Shown here one piece after another: positions 30,457 through 38,766 of a DNA stretch of 64,000 bases. Position numbers and translations under genes: made by a program. This DNA comes from Eubacteriales bacterium. GTDB taxonomy: Bacteria; Bacillota; Clostridia; Oscillospirales; CAG-272. The DNA lies in contig JBNRMS010000072.1 of the NCBI GenBank assembly GCA_050309735.1, forward strand, positions 3,815 through 67,814. Reading direction: 5' to 3'. The notes below the pieces were generated by a model. The model was not told the origin of the DNA. It made no database searches and worked only from the letters and a program-made list of their open reading frames with translations. Positions within the stretch are counted from its first letter, which is position 1; each line of letters starts with the position of its first letter.

Positions 30457-30809
30457 TCAGTCTATATATTTAAATTCGAGAGGAATTCCATGCCGGTCAA
30501 GTATCTGTACGTCGCGCAGCAATACTATTTCTGATAAATTGCCGCCGCTGTTGCTGACACCATGAGCAAATGCTCGAAACACAAAGCCCGATTCGTCGAT
30601 AAGCTCGGCATAAAGGCTCAAGCTATCGCCGTCGTTTATGGTAAACGACCTGTTAAGACTTATCGCAAACCCGTAGTCATGATAGCTGTGCTGTGGAGCC
30701 GCTGATTGGTGAGTCTTCCCAATGCCGCATGAACAGAGTTTTCGGACTCTGTTTTATCGGCATGGGATTCAAGCTCACCGTCATGCGGCTCTATTTTTGT
30801 CTCGTCCAT
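30457..30809 (-). pseudogene. Frameshifted hypothetical gene (element cargo remnant)
   Basis: ATG at 30809 opens a 50-codon frame (MDETKIEPHDGELESH...) that stops near 30657. An overlapping second frame is open from about 30745 to the TGA at 30459-30457 (…YHDYGFAISLNRSFTINDGDSLSLYAELIDESGFVFRAF…EFKYID) but has no start codon. Joined, they would give about 117 aa. Confidence 0.3.
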
Positions 30810-30842
30810 CCGCTGCTCCGCGCCAGCGGAAAGGACAAGACA

Positions 30843-31244
30843 ATGAAAACCCCTATCGAATTTGACTACGATCTCTGGACTACGGAGGAAGGCAAGTGCA
30901 TGGTGCGCGTGAAGCTCACTGGCGAAGTATGCGAGGTCAGCAGAGAAACCATGAGAGTTCTACGCAACGAGGAAAAGAAGCTCAGACGCTCTAAGACCGG
31001 AGTACCTATTGCCGGTTGCAAGGATGAGGATGAGACGGCAACTCTTCTTTCGCTTGATTTTGTCAGTGTGCAGGATGCAGAAGAGATGAGTCCTGCTTGG
31101 CTGGAAGACCCGAACGATTTGGAAGAAACAGTTCTCACTTCCGTTATGGAGCAGGAATTCCGTTTCCGTTTCTTCTTTGAAGGGGCGGCTCGGAGCGATC
31201 CTCGGAGGGGTGAGAGTCCCATGATACTGCTTTACCGGTGGTAG
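30843..31244 (+). CDS. Small conjugative-element-associated protein (sigma-70 region-4-like family), probably C-terminally truncated
   Basis: Start at ATG 30843 (AAGGA SD). MKTPIEFDYDLWTTEEGKCMVRVKLTGEVCEVSRETMRVLRNEEKKLRR resembles, from memory, small ORFs found beside xis/int in Firmicutes conjugative transposons. The tail FRFRFFFEGAARS... looks out of frame and has no HTH. Confidence 0.5.
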   Translation: MKTPIEFDYDLWTTEEGKCMVRVKLTGEVCEVSRETMRVLRNEEKKLRRSKTGVPIAGCKDEDETATLLSLDFVSVQDAEEMSPAWLEDPNDLEETVLTSVMEQEFRFRFFFEGAARSDPRRGESPMILLYRW

Positions 31245-31318
31245 TCCGCAGCATTCCCTATTCAGCAGGGGCGCGAGCTGCAAATATGCTGGAACACAAT
31301 TTATCATCAAAAACTATG

Positions 31319-31357
31319 GGCAGCAGTTGTCAACCGACTGCTGCCTATCCTTTTGCT
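31319..31357 (+). terminator. Intrinsic terminator
   Basis: 9-bp stem GGCAGCAGT / ACTGCTGCC, then TATCCTTTTGCTG. Confidence 0.55.
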
Positions 31358-31392
31358 GATAAAGCAAAAACAAATAAACGGAGGTGAGACGG

Positions 31393-31632
31393 GTGAATAC
31401 CGCATCAACCATTTCTCAGCGCGATGCCTATAAGCTCATGCTAAAAGACTATCCCGATGTGATGAGCATTGAGCAGATGTGTGAAATACTCAGCATCAGC
31501 ACAAAGACCGGCTATCGTATTCTGCGCGAAGGCAAAATCCTTAGCCTCAAGGTCGGCAGAGCCTATCGTATTCCGAAGGCTCATCTTTTCACTTATCTCT
31601 GCATCGGCTGCGGAGAAACAGTGAACGCATAA
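31393..31632 (+). CDS. Excisionase-family / MerR-like HTH DNA-binding protein
   Basis: GTG 31393 with GGAGG 8 nt upstream. MSIEQMCEILSISTKTGYRILREGKILSLKVGRAYRIPKAHLFTYL is the excisionase-type HTH_17 pattern. Lies immediately upstream of int. Confidence 0.75.
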   Translation: MNTASTISQRDAYKLMLKDYPDVMSIEQMCEILSISTKTGYRILREGKILSLKVGRAYRIPKAHLFTYLCIGCGETVNA

Positions 31633-31756
31633 GATTTGGACTCAAAAAGTTTACAAAAAAGTGCGTCAGTAGGTCCTCCAATTCGAACCCGGTTCTGGTA
31701 TAATAGGATCCCGGTATAAGGTAGGTGTTACTGCTACGCAAGAAGGAGGATAATAA

Positions 31757-32917
31757 ATGGTAGCAGGACATCTCCGCGAAAAAAAAGGATATTATTACGC
31801 CGTGTTGAACTACACCGATTCTCTCGGAAAAAGAAAGACCAAGTGGATTTCTACCGGACTTACTGTTAAGGGAAACAAAAAACGCGCCGAAGCCATCCTG
31901 ATGGATGCGCGACGCAATTTCAATCCCGAAGAGCCGAAGGTCATGAACGGGGACATCCTGTTCGCGGACTACATGGAACAATGGCTCGACATTATCAAAA
32001 GCTCGGTTGCAGTCCCGACATTTGCTTCTTACTCGACCACGGTCAAAAGGGTCGTCGCACCGTACTTCCGTGAAAAGGAGATCACTCTCAAGAATCTGAC
32101 CGCAAAGGATATTCAGGAGTTCTATATGAAGGAGCTCCAGCGCGTCAGTGCTTCCTCGGTCATCCATTATCATGCCAACATTCATAAGGCTCTCAAGTAT
32201 GCCGTGAAGATTGACCTGATTGATGTAAACCCGGCAGATAAGGTTGAACGTCCGAAGAAGGATCGCTATGTCGGCAGCTTTTATGATGCCGATGAGGTCA
32301 ACGCTCTCTTCGAAGCAGCTAAAGGAACGAAACTTGAGCTTCCGATTCTGTTCGGCGCATTCTACGGTCTGCGACGGAGTGAAGCAATCGGTCTGAAATG
32401 GGATGCTATTGACTTTGAGCAGAACACGATCACCATCCGTCACACAGTTACTTCTTGTGACCTGGACGGCAAGCGCGTTCTGGTCGCATCCGACACCACC
32501 AAGACCAAATCGAGTATGAGGACGCTCCCGCTTGTTCCTTTCATGAGAGAAAGACTTCTCGCCCTAAAAGAAGAACAGCAGGAAAACCGTCGTTTGTGCG
32601 GACGCAGCTATATCAAGGACTACATCGGTTATGTTTGCGTAAACGAGATTGGTGATCTGATTAAACCTCACTATGTTACTGAGAGTTTTCCGAAGCTGCT
32701 CAAGGCAAACGGGCTGAGACACATCAGGTATCACGACTTGAGACATAGCTGTGCCTCGTTACTTCTGGCAAACGGTGTTCCCATGAAGCAGATTCAGGAA
32801 TGGCTTGGTCACAGCGACTTCTCAACCACGGCAAACATTTACGCACATCTGGATTATAGCTCGAAGCTGACTTCGGCTGACGCGATGCTCAATGGTTTGG
32901 GACTTGCTCCGAACTAA
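31757..32917 (+). CDS. Tyrosine site-specific integrase
   Basis: AGGAGGA SD. Catalytic blocks RRSEAIGLKW (Arg), HDLRHSCASLLL (HxxR) and LGHSDFSTTANIYAHL (His...Tyr). Appears intact. Confidence 0.9.
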   Translation: MVAGHLREKKGYYYAVLNYTDSLGKRKTKWISTGLTVKGNKKRAEAILMDARRNFNPEEPKVMNGDILFADYMEQWLDIIKSSVAVPTFASYSTTVKRVVAPYFREKEITLKNLTAKDIQEFYMKELQRVSASSVIHYHANIHKALKYAVKIDLIDVNPADKVERPKKDRYVGSFYDADEVNALFEAAKGTKLELPILFGAFYGLRRSEAIGLKWDAIDFEQNTITIRHTVTSCDLDGKRVLVASDTTKTKSSMRTLPLVPFMRERLLALKEEQQENRRLCGRSYIKDYIGYVCVNEIGDLIKPHYVTESFPKLLKANGLRHIRYHDLRHSCASLLLANGVPMKQIQEWLGHSDFSTTANIYAHLDYSSKLTSADAMLNGLGLAPN

Positions 32918-32955
32918 AAAAGAAAAGCCAGCAGCCGGGAAAACCGGCTACTGGC
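32916..32955 (-). terminator. Intrinsic terminator of tRNA-Ser (overlaps the int stop region)
   Basis: On the minus strand, a 12-bp stem (one mismatch) GCCAGTAGCCGG / CCGGCTGCTGGC is followed by TTTTCTTTTTT. Confidence 0.7.
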
Positions 32956-32963
32956 GGACATTC

Positions 32964-33052
32964 TGGCGGAGACGGTGGGATTCGAACCCACGGACCCTTG
33001 CGGATCAAACGATTTCGAGTCGTTCTCGTTATGACCACTTCGATACGTCTCC
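32964..33052 (-). tRNA. tRNA-Ser (anticodon CGA), CCA-encoded, long variable arm
   Basis: Minus strand: GGAGACG-TA-TCGAAGTGGTCATAACGA-G-AACGA CTCGAAA TCGTT-TGATCCGCAAGGGTC-CGTGGGTTCGAATCCCACC-GTCTCC-G-CCA. It shows a 7-bp acceptor stem, a 5-bp anticodon stem, a CGA anticodon, a class II variable arm and a GGTTCGAATCC T-loop. Confidence 0.92.
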
Positions 33053-33188
33053 GTATTTATCTCAACATCAGCACCTCAGAAAACGGGGAGAACTGATGGG
33101 GAGAACAAAGAAAAATATTCAGTTAAAGATACCCGAAAAACCCCGTAAAATCAAGGGTTTCCGGTCAGGGAGCTACCGGATAGCAACC

Positions 33189-33232
33189 ACGATTTCGAGT
33201 CAGGGCCGTTATAACCACTTCGATATCTCTCC
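33189..33232 (-). repeat. Partial copy of the tRNA-Ser 5' half (acceptor 5' strand through anticodon loop), copy B
   Basis: 36/44 identical to 33009-33052. Similarity stops at the 3' side of the anticodon loop. No T-arm or acceptor 3' strand follows. Confidence 0.8.
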
Positions 33233-33394
33233 ATGTATTTTCAACCGGAAATCCGGTTTGAAAACTATTAAATTGTGTTCGGGAAAATTGCGGGAAAACT
33301 GCGAGATGAGGTTTGAATTTGCTGCACCGGAAAGTACAAAATGTGCCGATAAATCAAAGCTTTTCAAGCCCGAAGCCATCAGCCGACCGACTTT

Positions 33395-33435
33395 GTTTCG
33401 AGTCAGCCCCGTTATGACCACTTCGATATCTCTCC
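33395..33435 (-). repeat. Partial copy of the tRNA-Ser 5' half, copy C
   Basis: 37/40 identical to copy B and 34/40 to the real tRNA. Same truncation point in the anticodon loop. Confidence 0.8.
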
Positions 33436-33478
33436 GTAGAAAATATATATAAACACGCGCCGATATCGGGCGCGTGTT
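33436..33478 (-). terminator. Intrinsic terminator after ribF
   Basis: GC-rich stem AACACGCGCC..GGGCGCGTGTT around the GATATC loop. On the minus strand it is followed by TATATATATTTTCTAC. Confidence 0.6.
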
Positions 33479-33526
33479 ACATTATATCATATAAATCTTT
33501 TGAATGCAATAGCAAAATCAATTTTT

Positions 33527-34468
33527 TTAACATAAAGGAAGCTGTCGGCCGGAGAAATAATGAAGCGCAGCGGCAACGTCACCCTTTATCGCCTCTGTCA
33601 GTCGCTCTTTGTTTTCAAATTTAATGTCCGGGCGCAGATATTTATGGAAATAGACTGTTAGCTCCTGCCCGTAAAGGTCTCCCGAAAAATTAATTATATG
33701 CGTTTCGCAGCTAAGACTGCCCCCCTCCATAAAGGTCGGACGTCGGCCTATGTCAGACACCGCCGGCAGAACCCTGCCGCCAACCCGACAGGAGGCTATA
33801 TACACTCCCTGAGCCGGAATAAGCCCCCCCTCGGGAAACTTCTGATTCGCGGTTGCAAATCCGATTTCCCTTCCCAGCGTATGGCCGTGTATTATTGGTG
33901 CGGTTAAAGAGAAGGGCCTGCCGAGCATCCCGGCGGCCAGCTCTATGTCGCCTCGGGCTACGGCGCGCCGGATAGCCGTTGAGCTCACAGCAAGCCCGCA
34001 ATACTCAACCTGCTCAACAACCGAAACCCGCCCCTCCAGCGCCCGGCCAAGAGTGTCGGAGTCTCCGGTGCCGCCTGCGCCGAACCTGAAATTATAACCG
34101 CATACCGCATACATACAATTACATTTCTCAAAAAGGACTTCTTTTATAAAGCGCTCGGGCGTCATGTTCATTACCTGTGTAAAGTCGGCGACATACACGC
34201 AATCTATCCCGGCAGCTTCAAAAAGGCTCATTTTTTCCTCAAAGCTCACAATGCGGGAGGGAGGCTCATCAAGGAGCAGTTCGCTCGGCGGCGGAGAAAA
34301 GGTGAGAACCCCGCACATAATATTATTGCGCCCGGCCGCCCTCCTTATCTCAAGTGCTCTTCTGAGCAGTGCCGCGTGGCCGATATGAACCCCGTCGAAA
34401 TTGCCAAGGCAGAGCACCGATGGCGGCGCCTGCTTTTTGCTCGATAAATCTATTCTGATTATTTCCAC
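33527..34468 (-). CDS. ribF: Bifunctional riboflavin kinase / FMN adenylyltransferase
   Basis: GNFDGVHIGHAAL (nucleotidyltransferase HxGH) and a C-terminal riboflavin kinase domain. The GTG start abuts the upstream stop. Confidence 0.9.
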   Translation of the reverse strand: MEIIRIDLSSKKQAPPSVLCLGNFDGVHIGHAALLRRALEIRRAAGRNNIMCGVLTFSPPPSELLLDEPPSRIVSFEEKMSLFEAAGIDCVYVADFTQVMNMTPERFIKEVLFEKCNCMYAVCGYNFRFGAGGTGDSDTLGRALEGRVSVVEQVEYCGLAVSSTAIRRAVARGDIELAAGMLGRPFSLTAPIIHGHTLGREIGFATANQKFPEGGLIPAQGVYIASCRVGGRVLPAVSDIGRRPTFMEGGSLSCETHIINFSGDLYGQELTVYFHKYLRPDIKFENKERLTEAIKGDVAAALHYFSGRQLPLC

Positions 34469-34729
34469 TTATTCGTCAATCCCCAAATAATTTTTTACAA
34501 GCTCATTGAGCAGCTTGTCGCGGTCGACCCGGCGGATAAGCCCCCGCGCGTTATTATAATTTGTGATATATGTCGGATCTTCAGAAAGGATATAGCCGAC
34601 AAGCTGATTTATCGGATTATACCCCTTTTCTTCAAGAGCCTCGTAGACCCTACATATTATCTCGCGCATAGTCAGCTCTCGCTCGGGCTGACCCATGCCG
34701 GATGAATTACCTTTGTTATTTAATACCAT
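34469..34729 (-). CDS. ireB: IreB-family regulatory phosphoprotein (UPF0297)
   Basis: [49 protein letters not shown] is the UPF0297/IreB signature. 86 aa. Confidence 0.8.
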   Translation of the reverse strand: MVLNNKGNSSGMGQPERELTMREIICRVYEALEEKGYNPINQLVGYILSEDPTYITNYNNARGLIRRVDRDKLLNELVKNYLGIDE

Positions 34730-34859
34730 AATCCGCTCCTTATGAGTTTGTGATAAGAAAGGGTATTGTCATAATTATAACCCAAAAGCGATTTTATTTC
34801 AAGCATCTTGAAAAAATATTTCCATATTTTGTCGGATTGCATAGAATCACACGCATCGA

Positions 34860-36680
34860 CTATTGCGGGTCATACGGCAATATCAGCGTCACCGTTGTGC
34901 TTCCGGCTACTATTGTTTGTTTGACATTGAGTAAATTGATAAGATAATAGTTAGCCTCCCTGTCGCCTCCGGGAGTACCGTTCCAGAGCATTTTTTTCGC
35001 CTGTGCTGCGACGCCATCGGGCCAAAGGACAACCGCGGGGTTTACAAGCTTGTAAAATTCAATTGTGCCGTTTCGGGCGCGGTAGCGGTTTTCGTTCCAG
35101 CCGTGGTGAGGAACGGTCATCATATCGCTCGCAAGATAATCGCCAAATCGGGCGCACATCTCGTCAACGCTGACCTTTGAGACGTCGCCGGTGACCATCA
35201 CACTCTCTGCGCTCTCGCCCGAGGCAATAAACCGCACTACTATCGACTGAATATTGCCGTCGGCCTGTTTGAGGTCGGCATCGCTCCGCTCAAGACCGAT
35301 GACGCCGGGCAGAAAGTCGGACATACAGTTGAGGATTTCCATATCGGCTCCCGCAAAACGAAAGACCTGCCCTGTCAGGCATTTATATATATCCGCATCG
35401 GGATATACTTCCTTAATTGTGTTCCGCACCTTCGCGCAGCTTGTCGAGCCGTCGCTCATGTATTGAGTTTGCTCGAATGTGTCGCAGAAATTAAAAATAA
35501 AACTCTCGATTTTAATCTTGCTTGACCTGCCGTGTAATGCAGCAAACTTAACAAGGGCGCCGTAATGGTCGCCGTGCGCGTGCGTAATAACCCACGCGCG
35601 GACGACGATACGCGAGGGGTCAGGCGCAAGCTCGGCCATCTTAAGGTATATTCTGTTTGCGTCATCGTTGTTGTTTCGCCCGCCGTCGATTATAACAAAG
35701 CTGCCGTCCTCAAGCTGCATCATGCAGCCGAGTCCGCCCGCCCCTCCGCTCGCCTCAAGCCCGAAAAGGGTGAAGCTTAGTTGGTTTGTTTTTGTGTATA
35801 TCGGCTCCCAATTTGGCGGGAGAAGGGCTTCTGTGGCGGCGATTATGCGTGTTGTACCCGAATAGGGAACATAATATGCATAAACCATGCTCTCGCCCCG
35901 GGTGTATGTAACAAAGACATTGTCGCCCATCCTGTTTTCGCTGTAAAACTTATACCCCGCTGCGACGATGTCGTTTTGGTATTTGACAAACATCGCCTCA
36001 TCGGTCTGGGACAGGGTTATTTGAGTATATCGGTCGGCGCAGTCGCTTATCGCGTCGAGCGTCCCGCCCGGATAGGCGGGAAGGTCGGCAAGGGGGGCGA
36101 GCATCGGGTGCTTGCATCTTTTAATAAGACGAAATCCCGCGGGTATTGTCAGCCGTCCGTCTTTTGCGCTGTCTTTAGCAAAGGACAAAAAATCGCGCAC
36201 GGCATATGGCAGCGCGGCGTCTGCCCAGGCGGATATAACCAATTTGTTTCCGACCGCCCCGATGGCATATTCATCGTATGAAAGCTCGGAGAGAAGGGCG
36301 TGAACCTCCGGGTAGTCAACCCCTCCCATGAGCAGCTCGGGTGCATCGGGATCGTACTCATGCCCGCGGTATTGCTCGTCGGTTGTAAGAGTCGGAGTGC
36401 CGCCCGAGAGAGAGGACAGGCCTATGTGCAGCTCTCTAAATTGGTTTGTCTCGGTCAGCGTGCTATTTTCGGGGCGCACTAAAGTGAGGTTGATTTTGCC
36501 GTCGGAGAAGAGCGTGAGGTCAATCTCGCTAAGACTTGAACCGTTATCATGCGCCGCGGTTGTGTCAGCTTGGCTGCTTATCGCGTCCTTTGCGTCTTCT
36601 TGGCACCCTGTGAGGACCTCTGCTGATAGCAGAACAAGCACAAGCAGTATCAGTAATGCTATTAAGCGTCGTCTCATCAT
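34860..36680 (-). CDS. MBL-fold metallo-hydrolase lipoprotein with large N-terminal domain
   Basis: Start set at ATG 36680 (ATGA overlap with the upstream ABC stop). Signal and lipobox LLSAEVLTGC. HxHxDH motif WVITHAHGDHYGAL. Confidence 0.75.
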   Translation of the reverse strand: MMRRRLIALLILLVLVLLSAEVLTGCQEDAKDAISSQADTTAAHDNGSSLSEIDLTLFSDGKINLTLVRPENSTLTETNQFRELHIGLSSLSGGTPTLTTDEQYRGHEYDPDAPELLMGGVDYPEVHALLSELSYDEYAIGAVGNKLVISAWADAALPYAVRDFLSFAKDSAKDGRLTIPAGFRLIKRCKHPMLAPLADLPAYPGGTLDAISDCADRYTQITLSQTDEAMFVKYQNDIVAAGYKFYSENRMGDNVFVTYTRGESMVYAYYVPYSGTTRIIAATEALLPPNWEPIYTKTNQLSFTLFGLEASGGAGGLGCMMQLEDGSFVIIDGGRNNNDDANRIYLKMAELAPDPSRIVVRAWVITHAHGDHYGALVKFAALHGRSSKIKIESFIFNFCDTFEQTQYMSDGSTSCAKVRNTIKEVYPDADIYKCLTGQVFRFAGADMEILNCMSDFLPGVIGLERSDADLKQADGNIQSIVVRFIASGESAESVMVTGDVSKVSVDEMCARFGDYLASDMMTVPHHGWNENRYRARNGTIEFYKLVNPAVVLWPDGVAAQAKKMLWNGTPGGDREANYYLINLLNVKQTIVAGSTTVTLILPYDPQ

Positions 36681-38389
36681 CTTGCCAGCGCGCCCTTCCA
36701 AAGAGTGGCGTACACCCCTTCCATATTTAATAGCTCCTCGTGATTTCCGCGCTCGACTATCCCCTCGTCTGTAATAACAAGAATTTCATCGGCTCGGCGG
36801 ATTGTTGAGAGTCGGTGAGCGACCACTATTGTAGTGCGCCCGCGCGAGAGCTCCTCAATGCTTTTTTGTATCATTATTTCTGTGGCATTGTCAAGAGCCG
36901 AGGTCGCCTCGTCAAGTATGAGAATGGGCGGATTCTTGAGGAAAACCCGCGCTATCGAAACGCGCTGCTTCTGCCCGCCCGAGAGCTTGATTCCCCGCTC
37001 ACCGACCACTGTATCGTATCCCTCGGGGAGCGACTTGATAAAGTCATCTATATTTGCCATTCTTGCCGCCTCCTCAACCTCCCGGCGGGTGGCGTCGGGG
37101 CGACCGTAGGCTATATTATCATATATGGTTGAGTTAAAGAGAAAGACGTCCTGTGCGACTATCCCGATATTTTTTCTCAGCGAGGTGCGGGTGAGGTCGC
37201 GTATGTCGCGGCCGTCAACCTTCACAGCTCCCGAGCTAATCTCATAAAAGCGGGGAACAAGGTGGCAGATTGTGGTCTTGCCGCCGCCCGAGGGGCCGAC
37301 CAAGGCAAGCGTCTTCCCCGCCCCGACCGAGAAGCTGATATCGCGCAGCACTTGATTTCCGTCGTCATAAGCAAAGCTCACATTTTCAAACTCAATATCC
37401 CCCCTCACCTCGCCTGCATCGACGGCGTCGGGAGCCTCGTCCTCGGGCTTTGCGTCCATAATCTCGCAGAAGCGCATAAATCCGGTCATGCCGTTTTGAT
37501 ACTGCTCCACAAAGTCAATTATCCGCCGAACGGGATTGAGGAATATATTGATGTAAAGCACAAATGCAGTAAAATCTCCTATATCGATTTTGCCATAGAA
37601 GAAAAACAGTCCGCCCGCGACATACATAATAGCCTGCAATATGTCGCTGATAAATGTGGTTCCCGAGTGAAACTCAGCCATCGCGCGGTAAGCCCTCTGC
37701 CGAGCTTTAACGAAAAGCCCGTTTCCCTCCTCAAAGCGCCGGCTCTCATGCGATTCGTTCGTATATGCGCGCGAGACGCGAATGCCCGAGATGCTGTTTT
37801 CGAGCGCTGAGTTTATCTCGCCGGTCTGAACGCGGGTCTCGGTGAAGGCATCGCGCATTTTCTTGCGCTTCAGGCTCGCAAAGAGCACCATCAAGGGAAG
37901 AGCTGCGAAAACTATCAGGGTCAGCGGCAAATAAATAGTCGACATTATTATAAATGAGCCAACCAGCATAACGCCCGAAATAAAGAGATTCTCAGGGCCG
38001 TGGTGCGCCAACTCCGAGACGTCCATCAGGTCATTTATAATCCTTGACATTATAGTTCCGGTCTTGTTGTTATCAAAATAAGTAAGAGGCAGGGTCTGCA
38101 AACGACCGAAAACATCGCGCCGCATGTCCGACTGCATACGAACACCCATAATATGCCCGTAATAGGACACAAAATAGTTAAGAAACATTTTTACAAGGTA
38201 GAGCCCGAAAAGCACCGCCGCCCATGCGAGCAGCTTTTGCAGCATACCCTGGGGGATATAGACATTTATCATCGCCCGGGTTATCATCGGGTAAAAGAGG
38301 TCGCATCCGGCAAGCAGCAGCGCTGCTATCATGTCGGCGATAAAAACGCCGAGAACGGGCTTGTAGTAACGTGCAAATCGTTTGATCAT
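36677..38389 (-). CDS. ABC exporter, fused permease/ATPase (MsbA/MDR type)
   Basis: Six-TM N-terminal half. Walker A GPSGGGKTT, signature LSGGQKQR, Walker B ILILDEATSALD. Confidence 0.9.
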   Translation of the reverse strand: MIKRFARYYKPVLGVFIADMIAALLLAGCDLFYPMITRAMINVYIPQGMLQKLLAWAAVLFGLYLVKMFLNYFVSYYGHIMGVRMQSDMRRDVFGRLQTLPLTYFDNNKTGTIMSRIINDLMDVSELAHHGPENLFISGVMLVGSFIIMSTIYLPLTLIVFAALPLMVLFASLKRKKMRDAFTETRVQTGEINSALENSISGIRVSRAYTNESHESRRFEEGNGLFVKARQRAYRAMAEFHSGTTFISDILQAIMYVAGGLFFFYGKIDIGDFTAFVLYINIFLNPVRRIIDFVEQYQNGMTGFMRFCEIMDAKPEDEAPDAVDAGEVRGDIEFENVSFAYDDGNQVLRDISFSVGAGKTLALVGPSGGGKTTICHLVPRFYEISSGAVKVDGRDIRDLTRTSLRKNIGIVAQDVFLFNSTIYDNIAYGRPDATRREVEEAARMANIDDFIKSLPEGYDTVVGERGIKLSGGQKQRVSIARVFLKNPPILILDEATSALDNATEIMIQKSIEELSRGRTTIVVAHRLSTIRRADEILVITDEGIVERGNHEELLNMEGVYATLWKGALAR

Positions 38390-38461
38390 AGTGAAGCCTT
38401 ATATTTTCCTTTTAATATTAAATAAATTATAACCTTTTATCAAACACTGACAAAAAACTCG

Positions 38462-38497
38462 TCTCAGAAGAAATTGACGACACATTCAAGTCGTCAA
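38462..38497 (-). terminator. Intrinsic terminator/attenuator inside the ABC-operon leader
   Basis: On the minus strand: TTGACGAC-TTGAATGT-GTCGTCAA (38497->38474), then TTTCTTCTGAGAC. Lies about 85 nt upstream of the start codon at 38389 and downstream of the tandem motif. Confidence 0.55.
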
Positions 38498-38590
38498 GTA
38501 GTGCTATCCCTCACACAAGCGATATGTGTTTATTATTTTTTCTCAGGCGCTATAAGGGCGCGGGCAGGGGATGTTTTTAAGACAGCGATA

Positions 38591-38766
38591 TCATAGTCGC
38601 AAGTGAATATCTCCCGTGTGAGACCTCGCCGTTGCGACATCGCAGGTTTCTTTGAAACCTGCCGGCGTGTATATTATATCATAGTCGCAAGTGAATATCT
38701 CCCATGCGCCACCTCGCCGTTGCGACATCGCAGGTTTCTTTGAAACCTGCCGGCGTGTATATTATA
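38591..38766 (-). ncRNA. Tandem pair (2 x 88 bp) of an unclassified conserved structured element (candidate leader RNA / sRNA)
   Basis: Units are 38766->38679 and 38678->38591, differing only in an 8-10 nt internal patch. Each unit has CACGCCGGCAG, a 9-bp hairpin GCAGGTTTC-AAA-GAAACCTGC, and the inverted repeat GTCGCAA...TTGCGAC. A third copy lies at 49399-49477. Confidence 0.55.

Larger units (their letters stand above)
30330..32963. mobile_element. Decayed integrative-element module (pseudogene, truncated sigma-like ORF, xis, int) abutting the tRNA-Ser 3' end
   Basis: Integrase module adjacent to a tRNA 3' end. No conjugation or replication genes. The left boundary is not defined, as I found no att repeat. 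Confidence 0.5.

Noticed and set aside
31681-31690. 10-nt match (ATTCGAACCC) to the tRNA-Ser T-arm between xis and int, considered as an att remnant
   Set aside because: Identity does not extend beyond 10 nt. With about 80 possible 10-mers from the tRNA and 128 kb of two-strand search space, a chance hit is expected.
31589-32443. 284-aa minus-strand ORF overlapping xis/int
   Set aside because: It is antisense to an integrase with all catalytic blocks intact. It has no start context and no motifs.
32892-33452. 186-aa plus-strand ORF
   Set aside because: It reads straight through the tRNA-Ser gene, its terminator and both tRNA half-copies. It is an artefact of an open frame over non-coding DNA.
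38591-38766. Possible CRISPR array (direct repeats)
   Set aside because: There are only two 88-bp units abutting each other with no unique spacers. The unit length is far beyond CRISPR repeats, and there are no cas genes. A third, isolated copy elsewhere fits a regulatory or repeat element instead.
38679-38766. The element encoding a conserved leader peptide (ATG GGA GAT ATT CAC TTG CGA CTA TGA)
   Set aside because: The ATG is ACG in the second tandem unit. The frame length differs between copies (8 versus 31 codons), and the SD is weak in the 49.4-kb copy.
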